From: Lama glama
Taxonomy: Eukaryota
Length of the DNA: 63,682 bases
NCBI GenBank assembly: GCA_028534125.1
Contig: CM052817.1
Location: 107,448,319-107,512,000 of the forward strand
Direction: 5' to 3'
Under the pieces are notes generated by a model. It saw only the letters and a list, made by a program, of their open reading frames with translations. It ran no database searches and had not been told where the DNA came from. Every line of letters starts with the position of its first letter. The stretch's first letter is position 1. Below are positions 1 to 12,349 of this stretch, piece after piece. The position numbers and the translations under genes are program-made.

Positions 1-202
1 TTTGGGAGGGATGTGGTGGCAGTACCAGTGCCCCAGGCAGGATGCCAAAGCTGACCCTCAGATCACCGCCGAGACACTGAGAAAGCCCAGCAGAGGCCAG
101 CAGACTGTGCAGCCGATCTCAGCTGAGCCCAGCCCTGGTGGCCAACCCCCGGAATCCGAGCTAAGCCACTGAACCTGGAACCCAGCCGCAGGTGACTGAC
201 AC
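1..202 (+). mobile_element. MaLR (MLT1-type) LTR 3' fragment
   Basis: CCAGC...AGCTGAGCCCAGCC...AAGCCACTGA...GTGACTGACACA terminus typical of MLT1. Confidence 0.5.
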
Positions 203-726
203 ACCAGCCTGCATTTACAGAGAGGGCGATTATCTGTCGGGTGCTCGGTTCAGCATCTTAGACACAACATCTCAGCGAGTCCTCTGACCAGCTCAGGGAT
301 ACAGGCACTCTTAATTATCTCCATCTCATGGAAAACTCCCCAAAACTGATGCCCTGGTCTCTGGAGCCTGATGGCGAAACTCTAACGTGTGTGGCCTCCA
401 TCGGAATTTGCTGCTTAGTGGATCCCAAGAAACTGGGACAGCTGGAAGGATTAGGACATTCTGGAGGGTTCCTCTTGTTACTTGGTCTCTTTAAACTTAG
501 CAGGAAGGCAAGACTTCCCAAACCTTCTTCCCCAAGAAACTACTTCTGGGGCTGAGTGTGCTGTCCTCCCGGGTTCCACTTCCCACTTCCTGTTTCCTGC
601 CACCATTGCAGTTGGTGGTGAGCACATGTCTCTCTCCAAAAGTGCTGGCAGCTTGGGGGGGTAGGTGGTTGGCAGTGGGCAGGACACTTGCATCTTAGTT
701 TTTTAAAAAAACAACTGTAGTATTCA

Positions 727-793
727 ATTATTTTAACAAGATGGGATATAAATATATATATTTTGTTAAATATAACCATCTTGTTAAAATAAT
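727..793. repeat. 18-bp perfect inverted repeat with 31-nt spacer, followed by (TA)n
   Basis: ATTATTTTAACAAGATGG (727-744) and CCATCTTGTTAAAATAAT (776-793). Confidence 0.9.
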
Positions 794-1639
794 ATATATA
801 TATATATATATATCTTTTTTTTTTTATAAAGAAGAAAACACACATACATGGCCACCCAAATCAAGGGCCAGTGTAGCTTACTCCTGAGTTACCGCCACCC
901 CCAGAGTCCGTGCTCCAGGCCGAGCAGTGTAATTCCTTCAAGGCAGTGTCTTAAAAAGTCTGTGACGCTTGAGGGAGTGATGACAGCGAGGTGTCTCCAG
1001 GGCATCAGCTATTTATGCAGCCCTTAGAACTGTTGTTCGTCTGTGTCCTCCAAAAATAGTACTTTATTTCCCCATGAGTACGAAATCTCCTTATTTTACA
1101 TTTATTAGCCAAAGCCCATTTTTTTTTCCCCAGTGAGTCAGATCCAGCCAATTCAAGTTCTTTTATACATGTGGGTCTTTTGAGGCTTCAGAAATTTGAA
1201 CAAAATCCCCACTGAAAGCCAAGTTTTCCCAGATATTTTCATTGGCCAGACGCCCCGCTTGTTGGCTTAATAAGGTCATGAATAGGGCTGTTGGTTAAAT
1301 GACAGGTCAGCTGGGCTTCCTGTTTCTTGTCCTTGTTAGGAGGTCTCATCTCTCCTTCGTGGCTGTAGTGAGCAGGAGGCAGGAAAGCAGAGCGGCTGAC
1401 ACCTGAGCGGCACCTGCTGCTCGCCAGTGCACTTCTAATTCTTTATGTTATGTCTTCCCAAGTCTCTTGTGCCAGCTTCAAACCAGGCAGCCTGGCCCGG
1501 GAGCCCGCATTCTGCTTTAAACCATTCTGCGGGTTGAAAACATGACTCTGTCCCAAAGCCACCCCTTCCCTGAAATATTGCCTGTGATACTAATACACAA
1601 AAGAATGGAGATGTGTATATATATATATATATATATGTA

Positions 1640-2125
1640 AAATTTTTATCTGAGTATAATTGGTTTACAGTGTTGTGTTAGTTTCTGGGGTACAACATAG
1701 TGATTTGGTTATACATATGTATTCTCTTACAGATTCTTTTCCATTATAGGTTATTACAAGGTACTAAATATAGTTTCCTGTGCTATAAAGTAGGACGCGG
1801 TTTGTTTATTTTATATATGGTAGTGGGTATCTGCTGATCCCAAACCCCTAATTTGTTCCTCCCTACCTTTTCCCCTTTGGTAACTATGAGTTTGTTTTCT
1901 ATGTCTGTGAGTCTGTTTTTGTTTTGTAAATAAGTTCATTTGTATCATTTGTTTAGATTCCACATATGTGATATCATATGGTATTTGTTTTTCTTTGCCT
2001 GTTCACTAAGTATAATACTCAAGGTCCACCCACATTACTGCAAATGGCATTATTTCATTCTTTTTATGGCTGAGTAATATTCCAGTGTGTGTGTGTGTGT
2101 GTGTGTATATACCACATCTTTTTAA
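1640..2125 (-). mobile_element. L1 3' end fragment (artiodactyl/camelid type)
   Basis: Characteristic L1 3'UTR (TTTACAGTGTTGTGTTAGTTTCTGGGGTACA...GGCTGAGTAATATTCC), (TA)n tail and internal (GT)n. Possible TSD AAGAATGGA at 1601 and 2129. Confidence 0.85.
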
Positions 2126-2380
2126 AATAAGAATGGATAATGAAATAAATGTAAGATTTCTTCAAGTGCCCTACGTTTTGTATTTCAACTTCATTTTCTC
2201 TTTTACATTTCCCTTTGTTCTGAGCTGTCTCAGGGACTTAACCTTAATCTTCCCGCCCCTGGTCCTGCCATGACTCAACCCCCGTCCTTCTGCCCCTGGT
2301 CCTGCTGTGACGTTAGCCTGGTCCCCTTGCCCCGGTACCCCTGCCCCCCGGGCCTGCGGTGACTCCGGCGTCGCGCTCAC

Positions 2381-2518
2381 CGCAGTTGTCCTCGTCCGCC
2401 CGGTTCCCGCAGTCGTCCACGCCGTTGCAGTGCAGAAGCTGAGGCAAGCACTTGGTGGTGTTCCCGCAGGGGAAGTAGCCCAGGGCGCACGGGGCATCCT
2501 GCCCACTCGTGGGAGCGA
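2381..2518 (-). CDS. RXFP1: RXFP1 exon 2: end of signal peptide plus LDL-receptor class A (LDLa) module
   Basis: 138 nt. Acceptor CCCTCTCCCCTTCCCTCGTCACAG (AG at 2520-2519), donor G|GTGAGC at 2380. Spliced translation (F)[45 protein letters not shown] has six Cys, the D-D-C-x3-A-D-E acidic motif and an N-T-T sequon, and is near-identical to the RXFP1 LDLa. Confidence 0.97.
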
Positions 2519-3049
2519 CTGTGACGAGGGAAGGGGAGAGGGTCACACAAGGCACTGCTGAGACTGCTTCCCCCGCCTCTGCAACCCCGGTCCGCCCATC
2601 CCTGCGGGTGCCGCCCTCCCTGCCGCAGCCCCAGCTGCTCCCTCGCCCGACGCCCCCGACTCTCCAAGACCCGCCACCCCAGTGGGTGTTCTTTTCCGTG
2701 TCCCCGGAAGATGTCCCTAGAAGATGCCAGGAGTCTCTTTCCTCTGCCTCTTGTCAGGTTTCCCGCCAGGACTGTCCCCGCCATCCGTCTCCTATGAAAT
2801 TCCTGCCCATACTTTACAGTTGAGCTCAATTCCCCTCTTCTCCAAAAATCTTTTAGCCAGTCATTTAAAAACTCAGGACTTTTTTGCATCCTGACTGTTG
2901 GCGCAGAATCAAGGCTCATCTGGTTCTGGAGGAGGAGGAAGAGGAAGGATGCCAGGAAGGCACCCTGCTCACTCACAGGTGGGATGGCTCCTCAGGGTGA
3001 GGTTCTGTGCCAGACTTTGTGCACAGAGCGCTGAATGAAACAGAGTTCC

Positions 3050-3280
3050 TGTCCTTTTCACACTGTCTTCTTTCTCTTAGTGACAAGCATTAAGGTTCCT
3101 CCATGTCTTTTCATGGCTTAGTAACTCACTTCTTTTCACTGCTGAATAATATTCCATTGTCTGAATGTACTAGAGTTTATCTATACATTCACCTAAGGAC
3201 ATCTTGATTGTGTCCAAATTTTGGCAGTTTTGAATAAAGCTCCTAGTAACATCTATGTACAGGTTTTTGTACAGATGGAT
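3050..3280 (-). mobile_element. Old L1 (L1MB-like) fragment
   Basis: GGTTCCTCCATGTCTTTTCATGGCTT...GCTGAATAATATTCCATTGT motif. Confidence 0.7.
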
Positions 3281-4199
3281 ATAAATTAACTATGCCATTT
3301 TAAAATCTGAGATTTATATAATTTCAAAGATAGAGGGTAGAATCCAAGATAATTCTATTGCTTAGTATCCTTACCAAGTTTATAAATCTTTGGGACTTTC
3401 AAAAATAATCGTCAATTTTAAAGAAATAAAAACAGAATAGTTTGAACAGTCAATAATGCTTATTGTGTAAAAACGTATTTGTGGTCTATCATCAAAACAT
3501 AAGAAGAATAAAAGTGACTATTTCCTTTGTAAGATACAGTGGGACATTCTAATACAGGGAAGTGACATTTCTCATAAGGCAGCAATTCACCTAGGTCAGG
3601 TTTTTACTGTGCTTGTTTCAGAGCACATAATTTGATGAAGGAAATAGTCAAATCTATATACTAAGAAGCTTCTTGTAAATAGTGTTCTCACTTGTGAAAT
3701 TACTTAAAAATTATCAATCTTTTCTCAAAACATTGATTAAAGCAAAGTCAAAACAAAGGATTTGTATGCCCCAGGATGTCATTAGTAGAACATCACACAT
3801 TTCGGAGACCTGAAGTGTGTATCTAAATAAACTGATCTGTGTTGAGACTGACTTTTTTATTTTTATTGATTATTTTAAAAGCAAACTTTAAAAAGGGTTA
3901 AAAAGGGTTTCAGAAAAATTCTTTGGTGAATTGTCAGCCTTCAGCCACAGTGCCTGTTTGAAGATATTTTAACTAGACATACCTGCCTGTGTTTTCATGC
4001 TGCTGTTCTGAAAATTCTTCTCTGAGTAACTTACTCTTAGGAATATTTTGCTTTTATGTACTGTCTTTAAAATTTCTATTTAGAAGCAGATATAGTTCGT
4101 TAATGATTGTATCATGCAATTAAGTCCTATATTTTCATAACATTATGATTCAAGAAATATTTTTGAAATCTTAAATAGTAAGTGATATCTTTCAAATAA

Positions 4200-4680
4200 G
4201 TTTTTTTTTATTTCGAGATGATCTCAAACTTAAAGTTGCAAATATAGTATAAAGAACATTTTTCCACCGTTCTTGAACCATTTGAGATTAAGTTCCTGAC
4301 CAGATACCCCTAAAAACTTTGGCATGTATTTCCTGTTAGAAAGAACATTCTCCTACAAGATGGACATTCCCCATACTAGAACCATCAAGATCAGAAAAGT
4401 AACATTGATATCTTGTTGCCTTTTAAAGCTCAGAACCCATTCAAGTTTCACATATCACCCCCAGAACATCCTTCATAGTAAAGGATTCAGTTTACAATCA
4501 CTCCTTGCATTTTGTTGTCACAGTTCTTTAGTTTCCTTTGAACTGAAATCATTCCTCAGTCTTTCCTCATCTTTCATGACCTTGACACTTTCGAAAATTG
4601 CAGGTGAATTACTGTGAATGCTCCCGAATTTTGGTTTATTTCATCATAAGCAGATTTAGGTTATGCAATGGGAGTGTTTT
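4200..4680 (-). mobile_element. Old L1 (L1MC-like) 3' fragment
   Basis: AAGTTGCAAATATAGTATAAAGAAC...AACCATCAAGATCAGAAAAGTAACATTGATA...TTTCATGACCTTGACACTTT. Confidence 0.65.
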
Positions 4681-5129
4681 TTTTTAAACTAGGACCATTT
4701 ATAACTCCAATATGTATACAGAAATGTTTGCCTAAGTTCTGTTGAAGCTAATATTGCTACAGCTGTAATACTATGCTTATAAACACTAGTTCAAAATTAC
4801 TGTGTTCATCAGCTTGGCCTCATTATTTTTATTGATTGGTTATAATAAATACATTTTATAAATGTGTGTTGAGAAGTTTGAAAGCCATCGATCACTTAGC
4901 TTCCTTCTTCAGTTACATGCCTTGACTTTTCTGTCCACCAAACTCATTATTCTATGTATGACAAGCAGTTGCCTATTATAGAATTCATATAAATTCAAGG
5001 TTTCTCAAACTTTAAAAATCTTTCCCTGGTTTTGATGATCAAATATATTTTATAAATGCATTTCTGGAGATTCTGATATATTTCTCAAAGAGGTAAACAT
5101 ATATCTTGCAAAAGATTATCTTTTGAAAA

Positions 5130-5990
5130 AAATATAATTAATTTATAATATATTAATTTCAGATGTACAACATGGTGGTTCAAAATATTTATGGATTATA
5201 CTCCATTTAAAGTTATCATAAACTATTGACTGTATTCTTTATGCTATACAATACATTCTTGTAGCTTATTTATTTTATACATAGTACTTTGTACCTCTTA
5301 ACCCCCTACCCCATCTCATCCCTCACTCCTTCTGTCTCCTCACTGAAAACCACTAGTTTGTTCTCTGTATCTGTGAGTTCCTTTTTGTTTTGTTTTATTT
5401 GTTCATTTCACTTTTTAAATTCCACATGTAAGTGATAACACACAGTATTTGTCTTTCTCTGTCTGACTTTTTTCACCAGGCATACTATCCTCTAGGTCCA
5501 TCCACATTGCTGCAAATGGCAATATTTCATTATATTTTATGGCTGAGTAGTATTCCATTATATATATGTACCACCTCTTCTTTATCCAGTCATCTGGTGG
5601 GGGACACTTAGGTTGCCTCCATGTCTTGGCTATTGTAAATAGTGCTGCTATGAACGTTGGGGTGCATGTATCTTTTCCAATTAGTGTTTTCATTTTCTTC
5701 AGATATATACCTAGGAGAGGAATTTATGGATCATAGGGTAGTTCTATTTTTAGTTTTTTGAGGAACCTCCATACTGTTTTGCACAGTAGCTGCATCAAAT
5801 TACATTCCCACCAACAGTGTAGGAGGGTTCCCTTTTCTCCACATCATCACCAGCATTTGTTATTTGTATTCTTTTTGATGTCAGCCATTCTGACAGATAC
5901 GAGTTGATACCTCATTATGGTTTTGATTTGCATTTCTCTGATGATTAGTGATGTTGAACATCTTTTCATGTGCCTGCTGGCCATCTCTGA
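5130..5990 (-). mobile_element. L1 ORF2 C-terminus + 3'UTR fragment
   Basis: ORF 5415-5693 translates to an L1 ORF2 C-terminal-like peptide ([22 protein letters not shown]...EYYSAIK). Confidence 0.9.
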
Positions 5991-7865
5991 AAATCTCTGT
6001 TTAGATGTGTCATTTGGCTCTAAATAAAGAAGACTCAATGATTAATGATTTCTGGATGTCAGGCCTAAACAGGGGGAAAAAAGCACTTTTCCTCTCTCTG
6101 TTTATGTTCCTCTCAGATGTGGGTGGATTTGCAAACTCACACGCACCAAGCTTTGAAGCACATAGGAAGGAGAGAGCAGAAGAAAGACAATGAATTCTTC
6201 ATTTGAATCCCCCTTTTTTTACTTATTTTAAAATTAAGTTTATTTAGTCCTAAATGCCATAGCAAGCTCTTTTCAGATGAAGATTGCATCAGTGAGATAG
6301 AAAAGTTTAAGAAAATGGGATTTAGTGCAAATGTTGGTCGATGTATTTCTAAATAAGTTTTTGAAGGCTTTCTGACCACAATAAATGAAGTGTTAAATGT
6401 ATCTGGATACACAGATGCACTGGGAATTTGTCGGGCAGTGGGACCAGGAAATTAATAATTTCAGCAGAGACTGGGTAGCAGTAGGCTCAGAACTGAATTA
6501 CAACACTTGGCAGAGCTCTAGAAATGCAGGGGACAGTCGATGATGGTGACAGCGTGGTGGCACTGGCTCTGTCAGCATGGTGTAAGTTCATACGTAATAT
6601 TGGTATAAGTGCATCTTGCTTTGAGAGATACTTGGAACTAATTTTTTATGACTACAGTTGTTTACTTTGAATACTCTCATCTCATACAAAAGTCACTCAT
6701 AATATAAGAAATTTTGTAAATGATTTTTTTAAAGCACCCTAACTGAAAAATTACTCCAGTGCATAAAAATTCAAATAAATATTAGTGAAAAATTGAAGCA
6801 ATTGGGGAAAAATGCTTAATAATTTTAACTGCAACAACAGAAACATTTTTGATGAAGCACTTCAATCGCTTCCTTCTCCTGGAAATCCTTTGAGATCAAG
6901 TGGATGGAAAAACAGGGAACAGTCACATATGCTGATTGCCAAGTGAGACACAGTACTGAGGGAAAATCAGTGCCTTTCTTTTTTTCTGCCAGAGAACAAA
7001 TTATTGTCATTCCCGTATGACTAAATATGTGTACGTGCCTTGAATGCACTTTGTGGGGCTGTGGGAGCTGTCATACACCAGAAGGAAAAAATGGTGCAGA
7101 CTTTGTGCAGTGCCCTAGCTTTCTCTTCAACTTAATTGGGTCCCCATGTAATTCAAGGGCCAAAACTAAAAAGCATGAAGCATTTTTACAATGTGGTTTT
7201 GAGGAAACTGCTCTGGTTTCCATATAGTAAGGTGACTACGCTGTGGCTGTCTGTCATCATTTGGTTGGGGGGAGGGGTCATGATTTGACCTGAGTTATGC
7301 CCAAGTGTTGAATCCCTCCATCAGAACTAAAATCTTAAGGGTTTCAATAAACATTTCTGGAAGCTACATTCCTAGTGATTTATCATCAATGGAATAAAAC
7401 TTAGCTTTGGCTTTTTAATAGACCTTGCCTGAAACACACAAGCACTTACTATTGCATCTAGGGAAATCATTTTCTGTGGAAAACACCAACTCGGTGAAAT
7501 TATAACCCTCATTCTGTAACAACATTAAATGTTAATGTGGAAAATGTTACCATGGTTACTGTGGAATCAGTGCAGTCACTGCATTAAAGGCAGCTCTGTA
7601 TACTTACGTTCAAAATCAAGGAGGTGAGTGTACTCGGTACGTTTCATTGTTTCTAGTGTTTCTGAATAGCTAAGACTTAGGCAAGCACTAAGAGAAGAGT
7701 TCCACTGGATTCTACGACTTATATCCAGCCTTTGAGATCCCTTTTATAATCAATGGAAAATGTGCAATATTCCTATTTTCTTGGGTAACTACCCATGGTA
7801 TCAAAAATATAGAGGAGGTTTGCTAAGATACTTTGTTAGGAAGTAAAATTAAAAATAAAAAAACA

Positions 7866-8009
7866 AGGGAATATATCCAGAGAAAAATCTAATTTGAAAA
7901 GATACACGCACCTCAATGTTCACAACAGCACTATTTATAGTAGCCAAACATGGAAGCAACCTAAATGTTCATTGACAGATGACTGGTTAAAGATACATAT
8001 ACATGTATC

Positions 8010-8047
<38 letters not shown>

Positions 8048-8500
8048 TATAGAATACTACTCAGCCATAAAAAAAGAATGAAATAATGCCATTTGCAGCA
8101 ACATGGATGGATCTAGAGATGATCATACTAAGTGAACTAAGGCAGACAGAGAAAGACAAATACCATATGATATCACTTACATGTGGAACCTAAAAAAAAA
8201 ATGACACAAACGAACCTATTTACAGAACAGAAACAGACTCACAGACATAGAAAATGGAATTAAGGTTACCAAAGGGGAATGGGTAGATTAAGAGTTTGGG
8301 ATTAGCAGATACACACTGCTATATATAAAACAGATAAACAACAAGATCCTGCTGGGCAGCACAGGGAACTATATTCAATACCTTATAATAGCCTATAATG
8401 AAAAAGAATATGTATATATTATAACTGAATCACTATGCTGTGCACCAGAAACTAACATAACACTGTAATCAACTATATGTCAATAAAAAAAAAGAAAAAC
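7866..8500 (+). mobile_element. L1 3' end with (GT)n insertion and A-rich tail
   Basis: AAAAGATACACGCACCTCAATGTTCACAACAGCACT...GAATACTACTCAGCCATAAAAAAAG...CAATAAAAAAAAAG; (TG)n at ~8012-8045. Confidence 0.9.
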
Positions 8501-9146
8501 CATACAAGAAACAAACAAAAAAACCCAACAAAAAAACCCACAATGGCAAAATTTCCCTATATTTAACCCATTTATTTTATAATTTCTATCTTAAATGCTA
8601 TCAATAACTATTTCAGATATCCAAAAACAAAACAAATAAAAATACCAGTAATAATTGAGGGTTTTTAAATAAATATGTGGTGTAATTATAGAACTATACA
8701 CTCTTATATAGATATTCAGTTCAACAGTTTGGAAAGTGAGGTAGATATATATCTGCTAATATAATAAGATATTCAATGCATACCATTAAGCTACAGAAAG
8801 TATGTTGAACAATAGCCTATATAGTTTGATCTTATTTGTGGAAAATAAAGGAATATATAATACTGTGTTTATAAAATTCTGATATGTTAACTAGAAACTG
8901 TTACCAGTGGTTGTCTTTGGGAAGTGGGACTAATAATGGCAGGATAAAGGGGAGATTTTTCTCTTCAGTTTATATCCTTAGGAAAATTTGAATTTTTTTT
9001 TCAAAGTGAGTATTCCCTTAATAATAAAAAATGATCTGGAGCAATTTACAGCTAATTCAAATGCATGAAAATTTGGTTTCTTGGCTACAGATGAAAAAAC
9101 ACTGATTTCTAATTTGCTGGTTTTCTTCAGACCTTTAGTGACAGGC

Positions 9147-9358
9147 CAGTGGTTCTCAATCAGGGATGATTTTGTAGCCTAGGGGATATTTGTCAAAGTG
9201 CAGATATGTTTTATTATCATGACTTGAGGGGAGCTACTGGCTTCTTAATAGATCGATTCCAGTGATGCTGCTTGAATATCCCACGATGCACAGGACAGCT
9301 CCCCAGACAAAGACTTATCCATCCTAAAATGTCAACAGGGCCCACGCTGAGAAAGCAG
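9147..9358 (+). mobile_element. MER20 (hAT-Charlie DNA transposon, non-autonomous)
   Basis: CAGTGGTTCTCAA...GGGATGATTTTG...GATGCTGCT...TGCACAGGACAGCTCCCC...AAAATGTCAA...GCTGAGAAA. Confidence 0.8.
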
Positions 9359-10179
9359 GGGCGAGGCACTGGGGAAGCACCAATGGGAAACCCCCGTGTC
9401 AGCAGCTTAAACACGTGCTCACTCTCAGGACAGGCAATTCATTCCTTCTGTGGCTGTTTGTCTTCCGGTGGAGATTTTCTAGTTGAATTCATGAGTTCGG
9501 GGAAGTGGATGCACATTACCCGGCAGGGGCACCAGGGCAGCTGCTGTAGCTCTTCAGAGGTTGTGACGCTGTTGTTTTGGCTGATAACTTGGGGAAGGAT
9601 TTCAGCCAGTAAACTTGGGGAATGGGTGGTCCTCTGACGCCAGAGGTGATAGTCAAGTTTGCTGTAAGGAATAATTTCTTAGCTACAAGGACTATCAAAC
9701 AACAGACTGGCTTACTAAGACAATCTCTCCAGGTTGTGAAAAAACTGGATAGATAATTTAAGTATGTTCTGCCAAAATTAAAGGAATCAACCCCAAAATA
9801 TTTTCAGGCTGTTTGAACTAGTTCCATCAATCTCTGAATAACATCAACAGATGTTTAAAAGAAGCACATTTTAGACTTCAAATTTGATATTTTGAGACGT
9901 GCATACTCTGAGATACACAAAAATCCTTGAAAAAGTTCAATTGTCTATACCTCAATAAAGCTAGAAAAAAATAGTCCAAAAAAATCCACTGTCCTGACAA
10001 AATCCAAATGCTCAATATCTCTTCATGATGGTTCCTTCGTCCAGCTTCTCATTTTAAATCTTTGGTTAATGTTCTTTCTCATAGCTTGTGCTGGAACATA
10101 TAAATCAGACACTTCGTTTCCCAAGAATGATGGGAACTCTTGGGAATGCTGGGAGTCTCCTTGTCTGAATTTCATGCCA

Positions 10180-10720
10180 CGCTGACTGCAGACCTCACCC
10201 AGAACTGACCCAAGGACAGAACTGTTTACAGCCCCAAAATGTGCAATGCACACTGCTGCCTCCTTCCAGTAAAATGGGAGTGGGGGTGGGGGCACTTAAT
10301 GCCACTCAGCAGCGTTTCCCTCTTCCATATGCTCTCCCATCTCCTAGATGAGCACTTCATTCCTTCTCTCCTCAAACCTCCACCCCCCGAGGCCATCCCA
10401 GGAGCCCCACGGCGCCCTACGGACCACCCTTGTGCACTCCGCCTCCTCCGAGCCCTCTGCTCCAGTCCCTCTCCTGAGCTCACCTCCATCCCTCTCACCT
10501 GCTCAGGACAGAGCCAGTGATTCTCCCTCCTATCTCAGCAGCATAAGGTTTTACGTCTTTCTTAGATCGTGCCCAGTAGCCTGAAACAGGCTCTTGTGTC
10601 TCCCTTCTTAAAAACAAGACAAAAGAGAACACATTTCATTCCCCCTGCTAGGTGCCTCCTCATTTCTCAACTCCCCTCTAAAGAGCAAAACTTGTCAGAA
10701 ATTGTATACTGGTGTTCTGA
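10180..10720 (+). mobile_element. L2 LINE fragment (degenerate)
   Basis: Pyrimidine-rich L2-like sequence (CTCCTAGATGAGCAC...GCTCTTGTGTCTCCCTTCTTAAAAA...CAACTCCCCTCTAAAGAGCAAAACTT). Confidence 0.4.
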
Positions 10721-10807
10721 TTCAGTTTTGGAGTGTTTACCACTAAACGTTTAGAGCTCTTATGAACACAAGAGTAACTTTCCTTTGTGAATCTTTGTTA
10801 TCATGTT

Positions 10808-11322
10808 TGCAACAGGGAAGAACAAATCTGACACCATATTGGGTGTTTCTTTTACCTGAACCTGTGTATCTATTGCTTTTGCTACAAGTTCATCACTAAA
10901 GGGATGTGCCTAAAAGCTTAAGTTATACATAATGGTCCATTGCTGGGAACCCTGCCTCCCAGGTAATGAGCATTAAGCTAAAATATCTTTGTTGAGCGCA
11001 CAGGAAGCATCCTGACCAGGCTGACCCAAGAATGACTGCAGGAAGGAAGAAATGACACATCTCCTCTGGAGTCTGGCTGGAACAAGGAAATGTTTGCAAC
11101 AACTTACCACCTTTTTCACTTTACCTCCTCACCTCCTCCTCTTTGATCTATGAAAGAAACTAGCATCCAAATCCAGGCAAGATAGTTCTTTGGGACATGA
11201 GTCCACCATCTTCTGGGTCTGCTGGCTTTCCAAATAAAGTCACTGTTCCTTGTCCCAACACCTTGTCTCTTGATTTATTGACCTGCCCTGCGGTGAGCAG
11301 ACTGAGCTTGGACTCAGTAACA
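10808..11322 (+). mobile_element. ERV1-class solo LTR
   Basis: TG...CA termini (TGCAACAGGGAAGAACAAATCTGAC...GGACTCAGTAACA), AATAAA at 11233, 4-bp TSD TGTT/TGCT. Confidence 0.8.
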
Positions 11323-12349
11323 TGCTGGGCAGGACAGTGATGCCTTAGGGCCTTTGAGGCAATGGTGTCCTATAACTTTGACCACAGACTCCTTGGCTTT
11401 AAGAGTTCTGTCAACTATTTATGGTTTTCCCTCCACAGTTCTCTACCAGCTGTCATTCAACTGTCATTAATTTGTCTGCCTCTGTCATGTCAGTGCTGCG
11501 ATCACCATTTCTAATTTATTACTTGAATCTGCTACGACTGAAAATGCAGATGCCCAGACACGACATGACTTCTGTGTAAAGAGGGAACAACTGAGCTATG
11601 CGTGTGGGACTGAAAAAGGACACACTTTCCTTCTTTTCTTAAAATTTAATTTAATTTATTTTATCTGTGAAATTTGAATGTATTTGAATATCCCAGCCTT
11701 AATGCACAATTAACCCAAGTCCATTCCTTGATTTTGAAAGCCTCACCTAACATGGAGATGGCACTTCACGTTTCATCTGCTCAACATTGATAGGTGTTAT
11801 TACTGTTTTTCTGGGATCAATGGCCTTCAGTTGGGTGAGATGTTATTATCAACATTGTGTAGGGCTTAGTATTCCACTGTCATGAAGGCCCAGCGAGCAC
11901 TTACTGGATAAGTGCACTCATTTCCCACTACATGGAACAGCTGAAAGTTCTAAATTTTGTATTCACCCATTTCTAGTGTATGCCTCAAACTACGATGAAG
12001 CTCCCTCCTTGACTTTCCAGCCATCACATTGGATTCCTGCTCCGTGGTGTGACAGCAGCAGTTTACCCATGACACTACTGGTACGGCTGAGACGAAAAGA
12101 CCCCAGGTCAAGGGTGGGTGTGCATCTTAACAGCTCACTTCCACCAGCTCTGTCTCAGCCGTGTTCCCTTCTGGATTCTCTCACGTCTGGCTAAGAAGTC
12201 TGCAGTGGCTTCCTTTTCATTACACTTTAGCCTTTCAGGCAAAGCATCCCCAGCTGGCCACAACCTACTTTCTTAAACCTCAGAGTCCATTACATTACAC
12301 TTTGCACTCTGATCAGTCGTTTAGTTCTTTTCTTTTCCTTTCACGTTTT

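Larger units (their letters stand above)
1..2380 (-). other. RXFP1: RXFP1 intron 2 (partial, runs off the window)
   Basis: Starts GTGAGC after exon 2. No exon 3-like sequence (the LDLa-LRR linker, GDNNGW-like) was seen before the window edge. Confidence 0.85.

Noticed and set aside
2381..2518. Assignment to RXFP2 or an LDL-receptor family gene
   Set aside because: [16 protein letters not shown] and the short exon-1 signal peptide match RXFP1. RXFP2 has CLPRAFHCDG and a longer N-terminus.
2377..2976. 199-aa, 111-aa and 104-aa ORFs around exon 2
   Set aside because: Alternative frames of a GC-rich region with few stops. Only the 138-nt spliced LDLa frame has homology.
7602..7663. Cryptic RXFP1 exon ending at a perfect GTAAGT donor (7607)
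   Set aside because: Candidate acceptors lack a good pyrimidine tract and give an immediate TAA in the exon-1 frame. No other support.
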